A stretch of DNA of 64,000 nt, taken from NCBI GenBank assembly GCA_040767805.1, contig JAXGNU010000004.1, positions 1 through 64,000 on the forward strand. The letters are read 5' to 3'. A program made the position numbers and the translations under genes. How positions within the stretch are numbered: the first letter of the stretch is position 1; every line of letters begins with the position of its first letter. The notes beneath the pieces were generated by a model that ran no database searches, was not told the origin of the DNA, and saw only the letters and a program-made list of their open reading frames with translations. Source of the stretch: Thermovirgaceae bacterium (GTDB lineage Bacteria > Synergistota > Synergistia > Synergistales > Thermovirgaceae). Shown one piece after another: positions 8,227-18,759 of this stretch.

Positions 8227-10128
8227 CTACCGCTCCGACAGGCTGCCGAGGTGCTTGGAGAAGAAGCGCTCCATCGCGCGGTAGAAGTCGAAGCGGTTCT
8301 CCTCGTTGAGGAAGCCGTGGCCCTCGTTGTCCTTGACCATGTATTCCACGTCCACTCCCCTTTTCCGCAGGGCCTCCACGATCTGGTCCGATTCGGCCTT
8401 TTTCACCCTGGGGTCGTTGGCCCCCTGGGCAACGAAGAGGGGCGCCTTGATCCTGTCGGCGTGGAAGACCGGCGAGGCCGCCTCGAGGAGGTCCTTTTCC
8501 TTTTCGGGGTCGCCGATCTGCTCGTACATCATTTTGCGGCCCAGTTCCCAGTAGGGGGGGACCGTCTCGAGGAGGGTGAAGATGTTGGAGACCCCCACGT
8601 AGTCCACGCCGCAGGCGTAGAGGTCAGGCGTGAAGGCAAGGCCCGCCAGGACGGCGTACCCGCCGTAGGAGCCGCCGTAGATGCCCACCCTCTTCGGGTC
8701 GGCTATGCCCTGGTCAATGAGCCACTTGACCCCGTCGGTGATGTCGTCCTGCATCGCCCTCCCCCACTGTTTGAAGCCGGCCTCCCAGAAGGCGCGCCCG
8801 TAGCCGGTGGAGCCGCGGAAGTTCATCTGGAGCACCGCCAGCCCCCGGCTGGCCAGGAACTGGACCTGGCTGTCGTAACCCCAGGAGTCCCGCGCCCAGG
8901 GACCGCCGTGGGGGTTGATCACCACGGGGAGGTTCTTCCCGGCGCTGTGGGCCGGCAGGGTCAGGTAGCCGTGGATGGCCAGACCATCCCGGGCGGTGTA
9001 CTGCACGGGCTTCATGGGGGCCAGCTCGTCCTCGTTGAGCCAGGGGCTCAGCTGGGCCAGTTCGCGGAAGTCCCCCGTCGCCCGGTCGTAGAAGTAGTAG
9101 GCCCCCTGGGTCCGGTCGCCCCCGGCGTGCACGAGGACCTTCTCCTCGTCCTTGCTCATGGAGGTCACCGTGACCTCCCTTCCAGGGAGGCGGGACTCCA
9201 GTTCCTCCTGGAGGTCGGCCCGCTCACGGTCGAAGAAGTGGTACCTCGCCCTGTCGGTGACGTAGGCCACGCCGGTGATGACCTTCCGCTTTTTCGACTG
9301 CATGAGGCCGTAGACGTCCACTTCGGGGTGCTCAAAGACCAGTTCCTCGCTGGCCGCCTTGGCGGGGTCGAAGACGTAGATGGCCGACTTGTCCCTGCCG
9401 AGGTTGGAGGAGACGTAGAGCTTTTTGTCGTCGAAGGTGAAGAAGAGGGGGTCGACGGTCTCCCGGAAGTCGGTGGTGAGGAGGGTCCTGAACTCGTCCT
9501 CCTCACGGTCCCTGTAGAGGAGGGACTGGTTCACGCCGTCGGTCCTGACGGCGGCCCGCAGTTTGCCCTCGTGGTCGGTCACCCAGCCTTCGATGTCTCC
9601 GGGGTTCTCCTGGACGAGGGTCAGTTCACCGGTGTCGATGTTCAGGCGGAAGACGTCGAAGACCCTCGGGTCCCGGCGGTTCATCCCGATGAGGACCTCG
9701 TCGTCGATCTCTTCCAGGGGGTCCACGATGGTGACCCGGACGCCCTCGAAGGGGGTGAGGTCCTTCGCCCCGGAGCCGCCGGCGTCGACGGCGAAGAGGT
9801 GGTAGTTCTCGTCCCCGCCGGAGTCCTGCAGGTAGAGGATGCGGTCGTTGCCGGACCAGAAGTAGCCCAGGATGTCCCTCTCCGTCGCCGAGGTGACCCG
9901 CACGGCCTCCTCCTCGCCGATCTTCTGGACGAAGATGTTGAGCCGCCGCTCCCAGGGCGCCCGCCAGGAGATCCGCGTCCCGTCGGGGGAGATCCGGAAG
10001 CCGCTTTTTTCCGGGTTCCTGAAGAAGTCCTCCATCGGAATGAGGCTCCCCTCACCGGCGAAGGACGGCCGCACGAGAAGAAGAACAGCCAGCAGGACCG
10101 TCGTCACGATAACCGTCAGTTTGATCAT
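8227..10128 (-). CDS. S9 family peptidase (beta-propeller plus alpha/beta hydrolase), exported
   Basis: Signal peptide, PHGGPW, GGSYGG nucleophile, NDPRV, EGHGF. Confidence 0.92.
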   Translation of the reverse strand: MIKLTVIVTTVLLAVLLLVRPSFAGEGSLIPMEDFFRNPEKSGFRISPDGTRISWRAPWERRLNIFVQKIGEEEAVRVTSATERDILGYFWSGNDRILYLQDSGGDENYHLFAVDAGGSGAKDLTPFEGVRVTIVDPLEEIDDEVLIGMNRRDPRVFDVFRLNIDTGELTLVQENPGDIEGWVTDHEGKLRAAVRTDGVNQSLLYRDREEDEFRTLLTTDFRETVDPLFFTFDDKKLYVSSNLGRDKSAIYVFDPAKAASEELVFEHPEVDVYGLMQSKKRKVITGVAYVTDRARYHFFDRERADLQEELESRLPGREVTVTSMSKDEEKVLVHAGGDRTQGAYYFYDRATGDFRELAQLSPWLNEDELAPMKPVQYTARDGLAIHGYLTLPAHSAGKNLPVVINPHGGPWARDSWGYDSQVQFLASRGLAVLQMNFRGSTGYGRAFWEAGFKQWGRAMQDDITDGVKWLIDQGIADPKRVGIYGGSYGGYAVLAGLAFTPDLYACGVDYVGVSNIFTLLETVPPYWELGRKMMYEQIGDPEKEKDLLEAASPVFHADRIKAPLFVAQGANDPRVKKAESDQIVEALRKRGVDVEYMVKDNEGHGFLNEENRFDFYRAMERFFSKHLGSLSER

Positions 10129-10132
10129 ACCT

Positions 10133-10546
10133 TCATACCCCCATGACCTTGACGACCACGCGCTTCCTGCGGCGGCCGTCGAATTCCGCGTAAAAGCACT
10201 GCTCCCAGGGCCCAAGGTCGAGCTTGCCGCCCGTCACGGGCAGTATCGCCTGGTGGTGTACCAGGATGCGCTTGAGGTGGGCGTCGGCGTTGTCCTCGCC
10301 CGTGCGGTGGTGGGCGTAGGACGGGTCCTCGGGGGCGGTCTTCTCCAGCCACTCGAGGATGTCCCGGTGGAGCCCCGGCTCGTCGTCGTTCACGATGATG
10401 CCCGAGGTGATGTGCATGGCCGAAAGGAGCATCATCCCGTCGGTCACGCCGCTCCTCTCCAGGATGGCTTCCAGGTCCCCGGTGATCCGGACCAGCTCCT
10501 TCCTCTTCCTGGTCTCGAACCAGAGGTACTCCGTGTGGGTCTTCAT
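10133..10546 (-). CDS. yjbQ: YjbQ/UPF0047 family protein
   Basis: MHITSG, HHRTGEDNADAHLK, LGPWEQ..EFDG. Confidence 0.9.
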   Translation of the reverse strand: MKTHTEYLWFETRKRKELVRITGDLEAILERSGVTDGMMLLSAMHITSGIIVNDDEPGLHRDILEWLEKTAPEDPSYAHHRTGEDNADAHLKRILVHHQAILPVTGGKLDLGPWEQCFYAEFDGRRRKRVVVKVMGV

Positions 10547-10681
10547 TGAACGTCCCCTTTCGTCGGGCCTTGAAACGGGAATAGGATAACAGGAACGGGG
10601 GAAGAGAAAAAGCCGCCGAGAGGCCCCGGCGGACGGTGAACACAACCGGCGGAGACGGCGTCAGCGGGCGACGGGCGAAAA

Positions 10682-11542
10682 CTAACCGAAGCCGGAGAAA
10701 GCGCGCGCCTTTTCGAGCAGGGCCAGGGCGTTGCCCCCCCTGATCCTTGACAGGGCTTCCTCGTCGAGGCCGGAGGCCAGGAACATCTTCTCGTACCGGT
10801 CGGCGCAGAGCAGGGGGAAGTCGCTCCCGTAGACGATCTTGCCGCCCGCCCCGGCCGCGACGGCGGCACGGAAGACCTCCGGACCGAAGAGGAAGGGCGC
10901 GGCGGCGGTGTCGTACCAGGCGTTCTCCAGGACCAGCTTCATGCACCGCATGGCCTCGTAGGCCCAGAGGCCCCCTCCCATGTGGGCGAAGAGGACCTGC
11001 ACCTCAGGGTGGTTCTCGCAGAAGGCGGCGGCCTCCCGGGGGCCCATGCCGCCCTTGCCGGGGTAATCCCTCCCCACGGGCTCGGCCACGTGGAGCAGCA
11101 GGAAGAGGCCGTTCTCCTGGCAGGCCGCGGCCAGCCGCCAGGTCTCGCGGCTGTCGGAGATGTCAAAGACCTGCCCGTAAGGCAGGAGCTCGCCCACGCC
11201 GATGAAGCCCGCCTCGCGGCAGCGGACAATCTCGTTTTCAAAGTCCCGGGTGAGGGGGTTCACCACGGCCAGGCCCTGGATCTTTCCCGGGTATTTCTTC
11301 AGGGCCTCCATGACGTAGTCATTGCAGAGACGGCAAAGGCCCGGGTCGCGGAAGGCAACTCCCGTGACCCAGGCCTGGTCCAGCCCGTCGATCTCCATCC
11401 GGGCGACGACGTCCTCGACGGTCCCCCACTTGTGGGCCTTGCCGGCACAGAGAGTGCCGAAGTGGGGCTCCGTCTCGGCGATCTTCTTCCAGTTCTTCTC
11501 TATCTCGGGCGGATAAACGTGTACGTGCGCGTCGATATGCAT
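10682..11542 (-). CDS. Amidohydrolase_2 family metallohydrolase
   Basis: IDAHVH, GVGEL, AHMGGG, YGSDFP. Confidence 0.85.
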   Translation of the reverse strand: MHIDAHVHVYPPEIEKNWKKIAETEPHFGTLCAGKAHKWGTVEDVVARMEIDGLDQAWVTGVAFRDPGLCRLCNDYVMEALKKYPGKIQGLAVVNPLTRDFENEIVRCREAGFIGVGELLPYGQVFDISDSRETWRLAAACQENGLFLLLHVAEPVGRDYPGKGGMGPREAAAFCENHPEVQVLFAHMGGGLWAYEAMRCMKLVLENAWYDTAAAPFLFGPEVFRAAVAAGAGGKIVYGSDFPLLCADRYEKMFLASGLDEEALSRIRGGNALALLEKARAFSGFG

Positions 11543-11611
11543 GGTGCTATTTTACACCGTCGGGGCCGCGGATGGCCCATCCACCCTCAGGGTGTGGTTG
11601 CGCCTGGAGGG

Positions 11612-14011
11612 TTACTTTTGTTGGGCAGGCTTGGCGGGGCCATTTACCTTCCAGTAGACGACCCCGGGCTCGGATACAACTTCTTCACTCTCTGGGCCTT
11701 CTCCGCCTAGAGATTCGAGGCCAAAAAGGTACTGGAGGTCGTGGCTCACCACGCCTTCATCGGTATGGAGGAAGAGCGTCGCCTCGCGGTCGATGAGGGC
11801 ACCGCCAAGGTGGGTTACCCCTTCCAGGTCCATCTTTTGGACGGCACCGGCCGTAGGGTCGACGACGTAGGTCCTGCTCCAGGCCCCCCGGTTTGACTGC
11901 TTGCCCTTGGTGAGCCAGCTCCTGGTGACGAGGATGATCTTCCCATCGTAAAAGACCGGGGAAGAGGTGGTGTAGGCCGTGTTCCAGTGGGGTCCCTGGT
12001 TTCCGCCAAAATCGAGGTTCTCGGGGTCGGGGGACCGCATGGCCAGGTAGGTGAAGTCCATGTAACTCGTGACCGGCAAAACCTGATTGGTCTTTCCCCA
12101 CATGTTGCTGCCGAATTTCACCTCCGGGGACCCAGAAGGATATTGCTGTTCCAGCTTGGTCACATCGATCGTCACCAACCCGTAGTGGTCGGTGTTCCAA
12201 ATATCGGCGGGGTTGCCGTTCTTCCCGAAGGCCGTCACAAGGGCCAGGATGCGGTGGGGCTCATCGTCCACCTCGAGGAAGGTGGCGTCGAAATCCTGGA
12301 GGGGCACGGCCAACTCCGCCCTTTGTCCGACCACGAGCGTGACAAGCAGTTTCGGCGCCGTGCCCGCCTGCAAGTTCCACTTATACAGGGTGCCGTTGGA
12401 AAGGAAAATATAGATCTCACCGAGGAGGGGCGTCCTCGGCCGGGTCCCGTCGGGGTAATCATCCTTCCACATCGAGACTGCCGCTATCCGGGAGGGGTTT
12501 ATGACATCGTTGGGGCGGGATACGCCTTTGGGATCGGTAAAATATTCCACGTTCCCCAATATCTCCTTGTTTCTCAGTTTTCCCGTGGCAGGGTCGATAT
12601 CGTAGAGGACGTACTTCTTGTCGGCGTTTATTCCCAGCAGGATGAGGTGCCAGACTCTCTCACCCAGTTCGTAGGTGTAACCCACGACAGGCCTGGAGAT
12701 GGCCATCTGGAAACCCTCGTAGCCGGAATACCCGAAGGGAGGTTCCGGCACGAGGTCCCCGTCGACCCACATCAATTTTTTCGCCGAGTTGTCATTGTCC
12801 TTCCATTCGGCCAGGCTGACGGACCAGGCAGGCTTCGGGTCCACGGGGTCCGTCACGTCGAGGGCGTAAAAGCCGAAAAGGTGCCCCCTGGTGGTGCCAG
12901 AAACAGAACTGGAGAGGGATTCTTGAGGCTCCGGGTTCCAGGCTCCTTTGGGTTTGTATTCCAGCGCGCTTCCCTGGCCCATGGTCCCGAAGAGGAGTCT
13001 CTTCCAATCGCCGGGGCCTCCTCCACCCTCTATGTCGTGGATCAGGATCGGGCTGTCGAGGGCAACCAGGCGGGGCGGTTTCGTCGTGTTAGGGTCGGTC
13101 AACCAGTATTCGTGGTAGGGGGCGACAAGGAGCGCCGGTGAAGGGATGAAGGACCATAGTTCCCGGAAGGTCGAACCCATCCCCTGGCCCGAAACGGGAT
13201 CCACCTCGTCGGCGGCGGCGAAGGCACGGACCCTGCCGTCGTTGGTCGAGAAGAAGGTGACGGCCCCGCCATAACTTTCGTATTTCCTCTTGAGGCCCTG
13301 CGAGAATTGCCTCCACCCTGTCATGGGTTCAAGCCAGATGTTGTCGTGCCAGACGACGACCGGGGCGGAGTGGCCCGCGTCGGCAATGTAAAGTGGGTCC
13401 TCCCCCTGGAGTACCCTGAAGTTCAACCCGGCCAGGTACTGGTGATCCCGCAGGAAGGACTTCCACGCGTTGTTCTCGTCGTCGGTGAACACCTGGTTCT
13501 CGCCGTCGAGGGGCCCGTTCTTTTCCTTGGCGTACCAGCGTTTCTCGTACCCGGGGATGACCGACGCAACCTGGAGGTCCTCCGGGGTCAGGCCCGCCAG
13601 GGTCTTCCTGCCGCCGGGCAGCCCGAGGTAGATCGGGACGCTCGACGGGATAACGGGTTTCCTGATGACCGCGGGCGGGGTACCTACGTCCATCAGTTCC
13701 ATCTTGCTGCCCCAGGCCTCCGACGGGAGGGTCTCCGTTCCGAGGACGGTCATGGGCATCCTGTCTCCCCAGGCCATCATGGTTCGGCCTATCGAAAAGA
13801 AGGTCATGGGCTCCGTGGAATTGGCGTCCACGACGATCTCGATCTCATCATCGGCGCCGAATTTCAATTTCGGAGGCTCGGGGTAATAGGTTTTCACCGG
13901 CCAGAGGGGCCAATAGTAGTAGTCCAGAGCCCCAGCCCCCGGGGCGAAAGGCCCCAGCAGCAAAAGGGCGGCGAGGGCCAGCGCTGGGAGCCCTTTCATC
14001 TTGTTAATCAT
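11612..14011 (-). CDS. PilY1/PilC-like pilus tip beta-propeller protein
   Basis: Signal peptide; STNDGRVRAF, ELWSFIP, FYALDVTDP; last gene of the prepilin cluster. Confidence 0.7.
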   Translation of the reverse strand: MINKMKGLPALALAALLLLGPFAPGAGALDYYYWPLWPVKTYYPEPPKLKFGADDEIEIVVDANSTEPMTFFSIGRTMMAWGDRMPMTVLGTETLPSEAWGSKMELMDVGTPPAVIRKPVIPSSVPIYLGLPGGRKTLAGLTPEDLQVASVIPGYEKRWYAKEKNGPLDGENQVFTDDENNAWKSFLRDHQYLAGLNFRVLQGEDPLYIADAGHSAPVVVWHDNIWLEPMTGWRQFSQGLKRKYESYGGAVTFFSTNDGRVRAFAAADEVDPVSGQGMGSTFRELWSFIPSPALLVAPYHEYWLTDPNTTKPPRLVALDSPILIHDIEGGGGPGDWKRLLFGTMGQGSALEYKPKGAWNPEPQESLSSSVSGTTRGHLFGFYALDVTDPVDPKPAWSVSLAEWKDNDNSAKKLMWVDGDLVPEPPFGYSGYEGFQMAISRPVVGYTYELGERVWHLILLGINADKKYVLYDIDPATGKLRNKEILGNVEYFTDPKGVSRPNDVINPSRIAAVSMWKDDYPDGTRPRTPLLGEIYIFLSNGTLYKWNLQAGTAPKLLVTLVVGQRAELAVPLQDFDATFLEVDDEPHRILALVTAFGKNGNPADIWNTDHYGLVTIDVTKLEQQYPSGSPEVKFGSNMWGKTNQVLPVTSYMDFTYLAMRSPDPENLDFGGNQGPHWNTAYTTSSPVFYDGKIILVTRSWLTKGKQSNRGAWSRTYVVDPTAGAVQKMDLEGVTHLGGALIDREATLFLHTDEGVVSHDLQYLFGLESLGGEGPESEEVVSEPGVVYWKVNGPAKPAQQK

Positions 14012-14672
14012 GGGTGACCACCACCATCGTCTCAATACTCAAGACCTTTTCTTTGCCGGTCCCCTTGGCGGCGGTAGCGGTGGAGCGGATCACGTAGTGG
14101 TGTCCCGAGAGGCGACCACCGCCTGGGCTGATGTTCCTGTTGGGGTCGATAACGTTGGAGTATCCGTACAGGAACTGACTGTCATCGACCTCTCCGCCCC
14201 CTGATCCGTCGATGAAGGGTACGCGCGGGGGGAGCGCTTCCCGTTGGGCCTGGCTAAGCTCTTCTTTCCCAGGTTGATTGGGGCTGAAACTCAAACCCTC
14301 AAGTCGATAGTTGCAATCCAGGATATCAACGGTGACTTCAACGCCGGGCAAACCATCGATCGGCATTTCTTGCAGGTCTTCGTCCAAAGGGAATTGAGAA
14401 TCTTTTTTTATAGCCCTGATTTTGTCCAGGTTTCCTTCGTATTCTCGTTCTACTCGGTCCAGGTCTTTACGATTCTCCAAAATTGCCATTTTGCCCTGCT
14501 CTATCCCGGATTGGGCGGCATTATAAAGTTGCGAATCCGAAACAACATGGCTGGAAGTGGAGAACATATTTTCAACCACGTAAAGGGCCCCTCCGACCAG
14601 CACTGCCCCGACGAGCAGGAAGATCAGCGTCAAGGGCAGGGCCATGGCTTTCATTTTTCGAAAAGGGATCAT
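14004..14672 (-). CDS. PilX-like minor pilin
   Basis: KAMALPLTLIFLL hydrophobic N-terminus, AAQSGIE, HYVIRSTA. Confidence 0.65.
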   Translation of the reverse strand: MIPFRKMKAMALPLTLIFLLVGAVLVGGALYVVENMFSTSSHVVSDSQLYNAAQSGIEQGKMAILENRKDLDRVEREYEGNLDKIRAIKKDSQFPLDEDLQEMPIDGLPGVEVTVDILDCNYRLEGLSFSPNQPGKEELSQAQREALPPRVPFIDGSGGGEVDDSQFLYGYSNVIDPNRNISPGGGRLSGHHYVIRSTATAAKGTGKEKVLSIETMVVVTHD

Positions 14673-15622
14673 TCCGGCCTCCAATTCCTGACCCTCCATC
14701 CCCTGGTCAAGGCGACCAGGTGGTATTTTCTCCATTCGTCGTCCCCCACCGCGCCCCAGTGAGGCACATCCGCAGGCGATACGAACCTCGAATATTTCTT
14801 GTTGCCCCTGGCGAGAACCGAGACGGCGAGCAGACCGTTTTTATCCAGCCTGAACCTGCAATCAAGGATCCCTTCTACAATGGGCTGCAGGCCGCTTTTT
14901 GTACTCGAAAGCGCGAGGTCCCTCGTTTTGAAGGAACTGCCCTCGACCTTGGCCTCCATGAACCTGACGTAGTGCAGTTCGTCGTTCACCCGTACGGGCC
15001 ATGGCTTCATTTCACCCTGAGGGAGAGGGCGTGCCAGGATGGTGATGGCGGTCTTGCCGCCGGAAACAGGGGGGATGTCTTCTGTCACGAAAAAGGGCGC
15101 TGGAAGGGTAGGGAAGACGACCCAGCATTTTGTGACCCTCGCGTCGCCGCCCTCGATGAGCGCGGGCTTGTCCGAGATCTCCACTTTCTCGCCCTTAGAC
15201 GGGGCGACCTGCTTGGATTCGATAGTGTATGCCCCGGCGGGCACGGCATAAGCGACCAGGAGTTCCTCGCATTCGCTGTACGGCTCCAAGGACCCGGGCG
15301 GTTCGGGCTTCTGGACGGGGCGCCGCCACCGCCTGTCCCTAATATCCTTGAAACCCTTGAAGTCCTGGTGTTCCCAAAGCCCATCAAAGACGGCCTCGAA
15401 CTCATCGGCCGAAACGGGCATCCCCTGCCCGGCGTGGAGGACCCTTTTTTCCAGGTAGGTGAGGACCATCGTGGCCCGGTCCTTGGCCACGGTGATCTCG
15501 TTGGCCTGCTCGAAGTGCTTGATGTAGGTGTGGCCGAGCATCAGGACGCTCCCGCCCACGATCCCCAGGATCAGGACGGCAATGAGGATCTCCGTGAGGG
15601 TGAAACCCTTCAGCTTTTTCAT
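14669..15622 (-). CDS. PilW-like prepilin (alternative start 15646)
   Basis: Class III signal KG|FTLTEILIA. Confidence 0.8.
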   Translation of the reverse strand: MKKLKGFTLTEILIAVLILGIVGGSVLMLGHTYIKHFEQANEITVAKDRATMVLTYLEKRVLHAGQGMPVSADEFEAVFDGLWEHQDFKGFKDIRDRRWRRPVQKPEPPGSLEPYSECEELLVAYAVPAGAYTIESKQVAPSKGEKVEISDKPALIEGGDARVTKCWVVFPTLPAPFFVTEDIPPVSGGKTAITILARPLPQGEMKPWPVRVNDELHYVRFMEAKVEGSSFKTRDLALSSTKSGLQPIVEGILDCRFRLDKNGLLAVSVLARGNKKYSRFVSPADVPHWGAVGDDEWRKYHLVALTRGWRVRNWRPE

Positions 15623-15668
15623 ATCCCTGCAACAGCTGGGTCTCATGCGCTTTTCACCTCAAAAAAGG

Positions 15669-16058
15669 TCATTCGAATTCCGGCTCCGCCACGACCCGCT
15701 CCAAAGTAACCTCCCTGCTTCCCAGCACCCCGTCCCACTGGACAACCACGGTGATCGTCCGGGTGGTTTTATCGAAGTCCGACAGGCAGTTGAATTTCCT
15801 GTCGTATTCCCCCGGTGGGTCGGGTTCGGCAGCCTCAGGGTCGCAGCCGCAATAGTGAGCCTCCAGGGTGTCCAGGGCCTCGACCCCCAGGCTCACGGCC
15901 TTTTCCTTGTCGATGGTGTGGGCCATCAGCATCGTCGTGGAGACGACGACCCCCGCCAGGGCCAGGAGGGCGATGGCGAGGACCACTATGGCGATGAGGA
16001 CCTCCACGAGGGAGAACCCCCTTGTCCTTTTTGACCGGGTGATGGGTGTTTTTCTCAT
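15669..16058 (-). CDS. PilV-like prepilin
   Basis: Class III signal [11 protein letters not shown]. Confidence 0.8.
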   Translation of the reverse strand: MRKTPITRSKRTRGFSLVEVLIAIVVLAIALLALAGVVVSTTMLMAHTIDKEKAVSLGVEALDTLEAHYCGCDPEAAEPDPPGEYDRKFNCLSDFDKTTRTITVVVQWDGVLGSREVTLERVVAEPEFE

Positions 16059-16153
16059 GAAATGATTGTAATACCTTTAAGAATTTTATGCCATAGCCAA
16101 GATATTAATCTTTTCATTTTCCTTCTTAAAAGAATTCATAAAGGTTCATGCAC

Positions 16154-16189
16154 GAAAATGGGGGGCCTGCCCTGCAGGCCCCCCATTTC
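16154..16189 (-). terminator. Intrinsic terminator after rplL
   Basis: AAATGGGGGGCCTGC-CCT-GCAGGCCCCCCATTT hairpin. Confidence 0.75.
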
Positions 16190-16214
16190 GATAAACCTCC
16201 GATTAAGGGCTCGG

Positions 16215-16718
16215 CTACTTGAGTTCCACCTCGGCGCCGGCTTCTTCGATCTTTTTCTTGATCTCCTCGGCTTCTTCCTTGGAGACGCCTTCCTTGACGG
16301 GCTTGGGGGCGCCGTCGACGAGGTCCTTGGCCTCCTTGAGGCCGAGGCCAGTCAGTTCGCGCACGACCTTGATGGTGGCGATCTTGTTCGTGCCGGTGTT
16401 CTTCAGGATGACGTCGAACTCGGTCTTCTCCTCCTCCACGGGGGCGGCGGCGCCGGGCATCGCACCCATCATGGGCATGGCCATGGCCGGGGCCGCGGCG
16501 GACACGCCGAACTTGTCCTCTAGTGCCTTCACCAGTTCGGAAAGTTCGAGAACGGTCATCCCCTCGATGGCGGCGAGGATGTCTTCCTTGGAGAGGGCCT
16601 TGCCAGCGGCCTTCTTCGCGGGCTTCTTCTCTTCCTTCACTTCTTCCTTCACTTCGGCCGCTTCGGCCGTTTTAGTGACTTTTTCTTCGCCTTCTGCTGC
16701 CTTTTTGGCTGCGGTCAT
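16215..16718 (-). CDS. rplL: 50S ribosomal protein bL12 (L7/L12) with ~40 aa N-terminal extension
   Basis: [37 protein letters not shown] precedes ATG 16718. Confidence 0.95.
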   Translation of the reverse strand: MTAAKKAAEGEEKVTKTAEAAEVKEEVKEEKKPAKKAAGKALSKEDILAAIEGMTVLELSELVKALEDKFGVSAAAPAMAMPMMGAMPGAAAPVEEEKTEFDVILKNTGTNKIATIKVVRELTGLGLKEAKDLVDGAPKPVKEGVSKEEAEEIKKKIEEAGAEVELK

Positions 16719-16756
16719 TTCCTGTTCCTCCTTTTTCATCTACACCTGTCGGTATT

Positions 16757-17290
16757 TCAGGCGGCTTTTTCTTCTTTCTGTTCCTTTATCCTTTCCAGGC
16801 ACGTCACGAGCCCGCGGGTGGTGCCGGAGAGCACCGTGACGAGGCCTCTCACGGGGCCGATCATGGTCCCCGCCAGCTGCGCCAGCAGGACCTCCCTCGA
16901 GGGCAGGTCCGCGAGGGCCCTGACCTGTTCCACGGAGAGGATGTCGTCCCCCAGGACGGCTCCCTTGATGACGAGGGCTTCGTTGCCCTTCTCCCTGGAG
17001 AAGTCCCTGATGACCTTGGCCACCGCCGCCGCGTCGGAATAGGCGATGGTGAACGAGTTGGGGCCGGTCATGAGCGAGTCGGGAACGGGAAGGGACTCCT
17101 CCCGGAGGGCTATCCCCATGAGGGTGTTCTTGGCCACGTTCATCTCGCCGCCGGCGCGGCGGATGGAGGCCCTGAGGGCCGTGATCTTGGCGACGTTGAG
17201 CCCCCTGTACTCGCATATGAAAACGGCCTCGGCTTCCTGCAGTTTTTCCCTGAGCGATTCAACCTGCTCGATCTTCAATTGCGAAGGCAT
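16757..17290 (-). CDS. rplJ: 50S ribosomal protein uL10
   Basis: YRGL, VAKNTL, LADLPSREVLL. Confidence 0.97.
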   Translation of the reverse strand: MPSQLKIEQVESLREKLQEAEAVFICEYRGLNVAKITALRASIRRAGGEMNVAKNTLMGIALREESLPVPDSLMTGPNSFTIAYSDAAAVAKVIRDFSREKGNEALVIKGAVLGDDILSVEQVRALADLPSREVLLAQLAGTMIGPVRGLVTVLSGTTRGLVTCLERIKEQKEEKAA

Positions 17291-17307
17291 TTATTCACCT
17301 CCTCGCA

Positions 17308-17432
17308 TAAAAAACTCCCGGACCCTCCGGGCCCGGGAGACCTGGACACATGGCAGTGACACGGGTCAGGCTCTTCCAGACCTCGGCGGGCAAGTCATTA
17401 AGCGCTTCGTGCGCACCCGCTGTCTGCGGTCG
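17308..17432 (-). promoter_or_regulatory. L10 leader autoregulatory RNA with attenuator hairpin
   Basis: CCGCAGACAGCGGG..CTTAA..CCCGCCGAGG, then CTCCCGGGCCC..GGGTCCGGGAG-TTTTTT before rplJ. Confidence 0.8.
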
Positions 17433-17481
17433 ATGGAACGGCAGAATTATAACAGTTTTCCCCGGGAAAAACCGGGGGCGC

Positions 17482-18192
17482 CTATTCGGCGGAGAGTTCT
17501 TTCACCGCGGCGTTGGGGTCCACCCTGAAGGAGGTCCCCATGGTAGATGTCACGGCCAGGCTCTTGATGTACTGCCCCTTGGCCGCGGCCGGCTTCGCCC
17601 TGACGATGGCCCTCAGGAGGGCCTTGCCGTTCTCGTAGAGGTTCTCGACGGGGAAACCCGCCTTGCCGAAGGAGTTGTGGATGATGCCGAACTTGTCGAC
17701 CCGGAACTCGACCTTCCCGGCCTTGATCTCGCTGACGGCATGGCCCACACCGAAGGTGACGGTGCCCGTCTTGGCGCTGGGCATGAGCCCGCGGGGGCCG
17801 AGGATCTTGCCCAGTTTGCCCACGGACTTCATCATGTCCGGCGTGGCGATGACGGCGTCGAAGTCGAGCCAGCCGCCCTCGATCTTCTGGACCATGTCCT
17901 CTCCTCCGACGAGGTCGGCGCCGGCGTCCTGGGCCTCCTTGACCTTCTCCCCGCCGGCGATGACGAGCACCCGCTTGTCCACGCCTATCCCGTGGGGGAG
18001 CACGATGGTGCTGCGGACCTGCTGGTCGGCGTGCCGCGGGTCGACGCCTAGGCGGACGTGCATCTCCATGCTCTCGTCGAACTTCGCCGTGGCGTTCTCC
18101 CTGGCCAGCTCGATGGCCTCCTTCAGGCTGCCGAGCAGTTCCTTGGGCGCCTTTTCGGCGATGGCGCGGTACCTCTTGCTTCTCTTCTTCAT
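17482..18192 (-). CDS. rplA: 50S ribosomal protein uL1
   Basis: [18 protein letters not shown]. Confidence 0.97.
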   Translation of the reverse strand: MKKRSKRYRAIAEKAPKELLGSLKEAIELARENATAKFDESMEMHVRLGVDPRHADQQVRSTIVLPHGIGVDKRVLVIAGGEKVKEAQDAGADLVGGEDMVQKIEGGWLDFDAVIATPDMMKSVGKLGKILGPRGLMPSAKTGTVTFGVGHAVSEIKAGKVEFRVDKFGIIHNSFGKAGFPVENLYENGKALLRAIVRAKPAAAKGQYIKSLAVTSTMGTSFRVDPNAAVKELSAE

Positions 18193-18210
18193 GATGCTTT
18201 TTCCCTCCCC

Positions 18211-18247
18211 GTGGTATTGGCGAACCCCTTTACAGGGGCTCTCCCAC
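18211..18247 (-). promoter_or_regulatory. Probable L1-binding mRNA element between rplK and rplA
   Basis: GTGGGAG-hairpin-ACCAC arrangement just upstream of the rplA SD. Confidence 0.55.
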
Positions 18248-18274
18248 CGGATACGCCGGTCAAAGCCGCCGGCG

Positions 18275-18697
18275 CTAGACCACCTCGATGCCCATCGATA
18301 CGGCGGTGCCCTTGATCATCTCCATGGCGGCCTCCACGTCGTTGGCGTTGAGGTCGACCTTCTTCAGTTCGGCGATCTCCCGGACCTGGTCGAGGGTCAC
18401 CTTGCCCACCTTGACCTTGTTGGGCTCGCCGGAGCCCTTTTCGAGCGAGGCGGCCTTCTTGAGAAGGACGCTCGCCGGGGGCGTCTTGAGGATGAAGGTG
18501 AAGCTCCTGTCGGCGTAGACCGTCAGGACCGCCGGGATGATCATCCCCGGCTGGTCGGCCGTCTTGGCGTTGAACTGCTTGCAGAACTCCATGATGTTAA
18601 CGCCGTGCTGGCCCAGGGCCGGCCCCACGGGCGGGGCCGGTGTCGCCTTCCCCGCGGGCAGCTGCAGTTTGATCTGTGCTATTACTTTCTTTGCCAT
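18275..18697 (-). CDS. rplK: 50S ribosomal protein uL11
   Basis: [23 protein letters not shown]. Confidence 0.97.
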   Translation of the reverse strand: MAKKVIAQIKLQLPAGKATPAPPVGPALGQHGVNIMEFCKQFNAKTADQPGMIIPAVLTVYADRSFTFILKTPPASVLLKKAASLEKGSGEPNKVKVGKVTLDQVREIAELKKVDLNANDVEAAMEMIKGTAVSMGIEVV

Positions 18698-18759
18698 TTG
18701 CTGATTATCCCTCCTACATGGGCCCGGCAACGGCCGGGCGATAAAAAAGGCACCTTGGC

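Noticed and set aside
8182..10146. 654 aa plus-strand ORF and similar long antisense ORFs (e.g. 25975-27360, 31060-32586)
   Set aside because: Shadow frames of high-GC genes on the opposite strand
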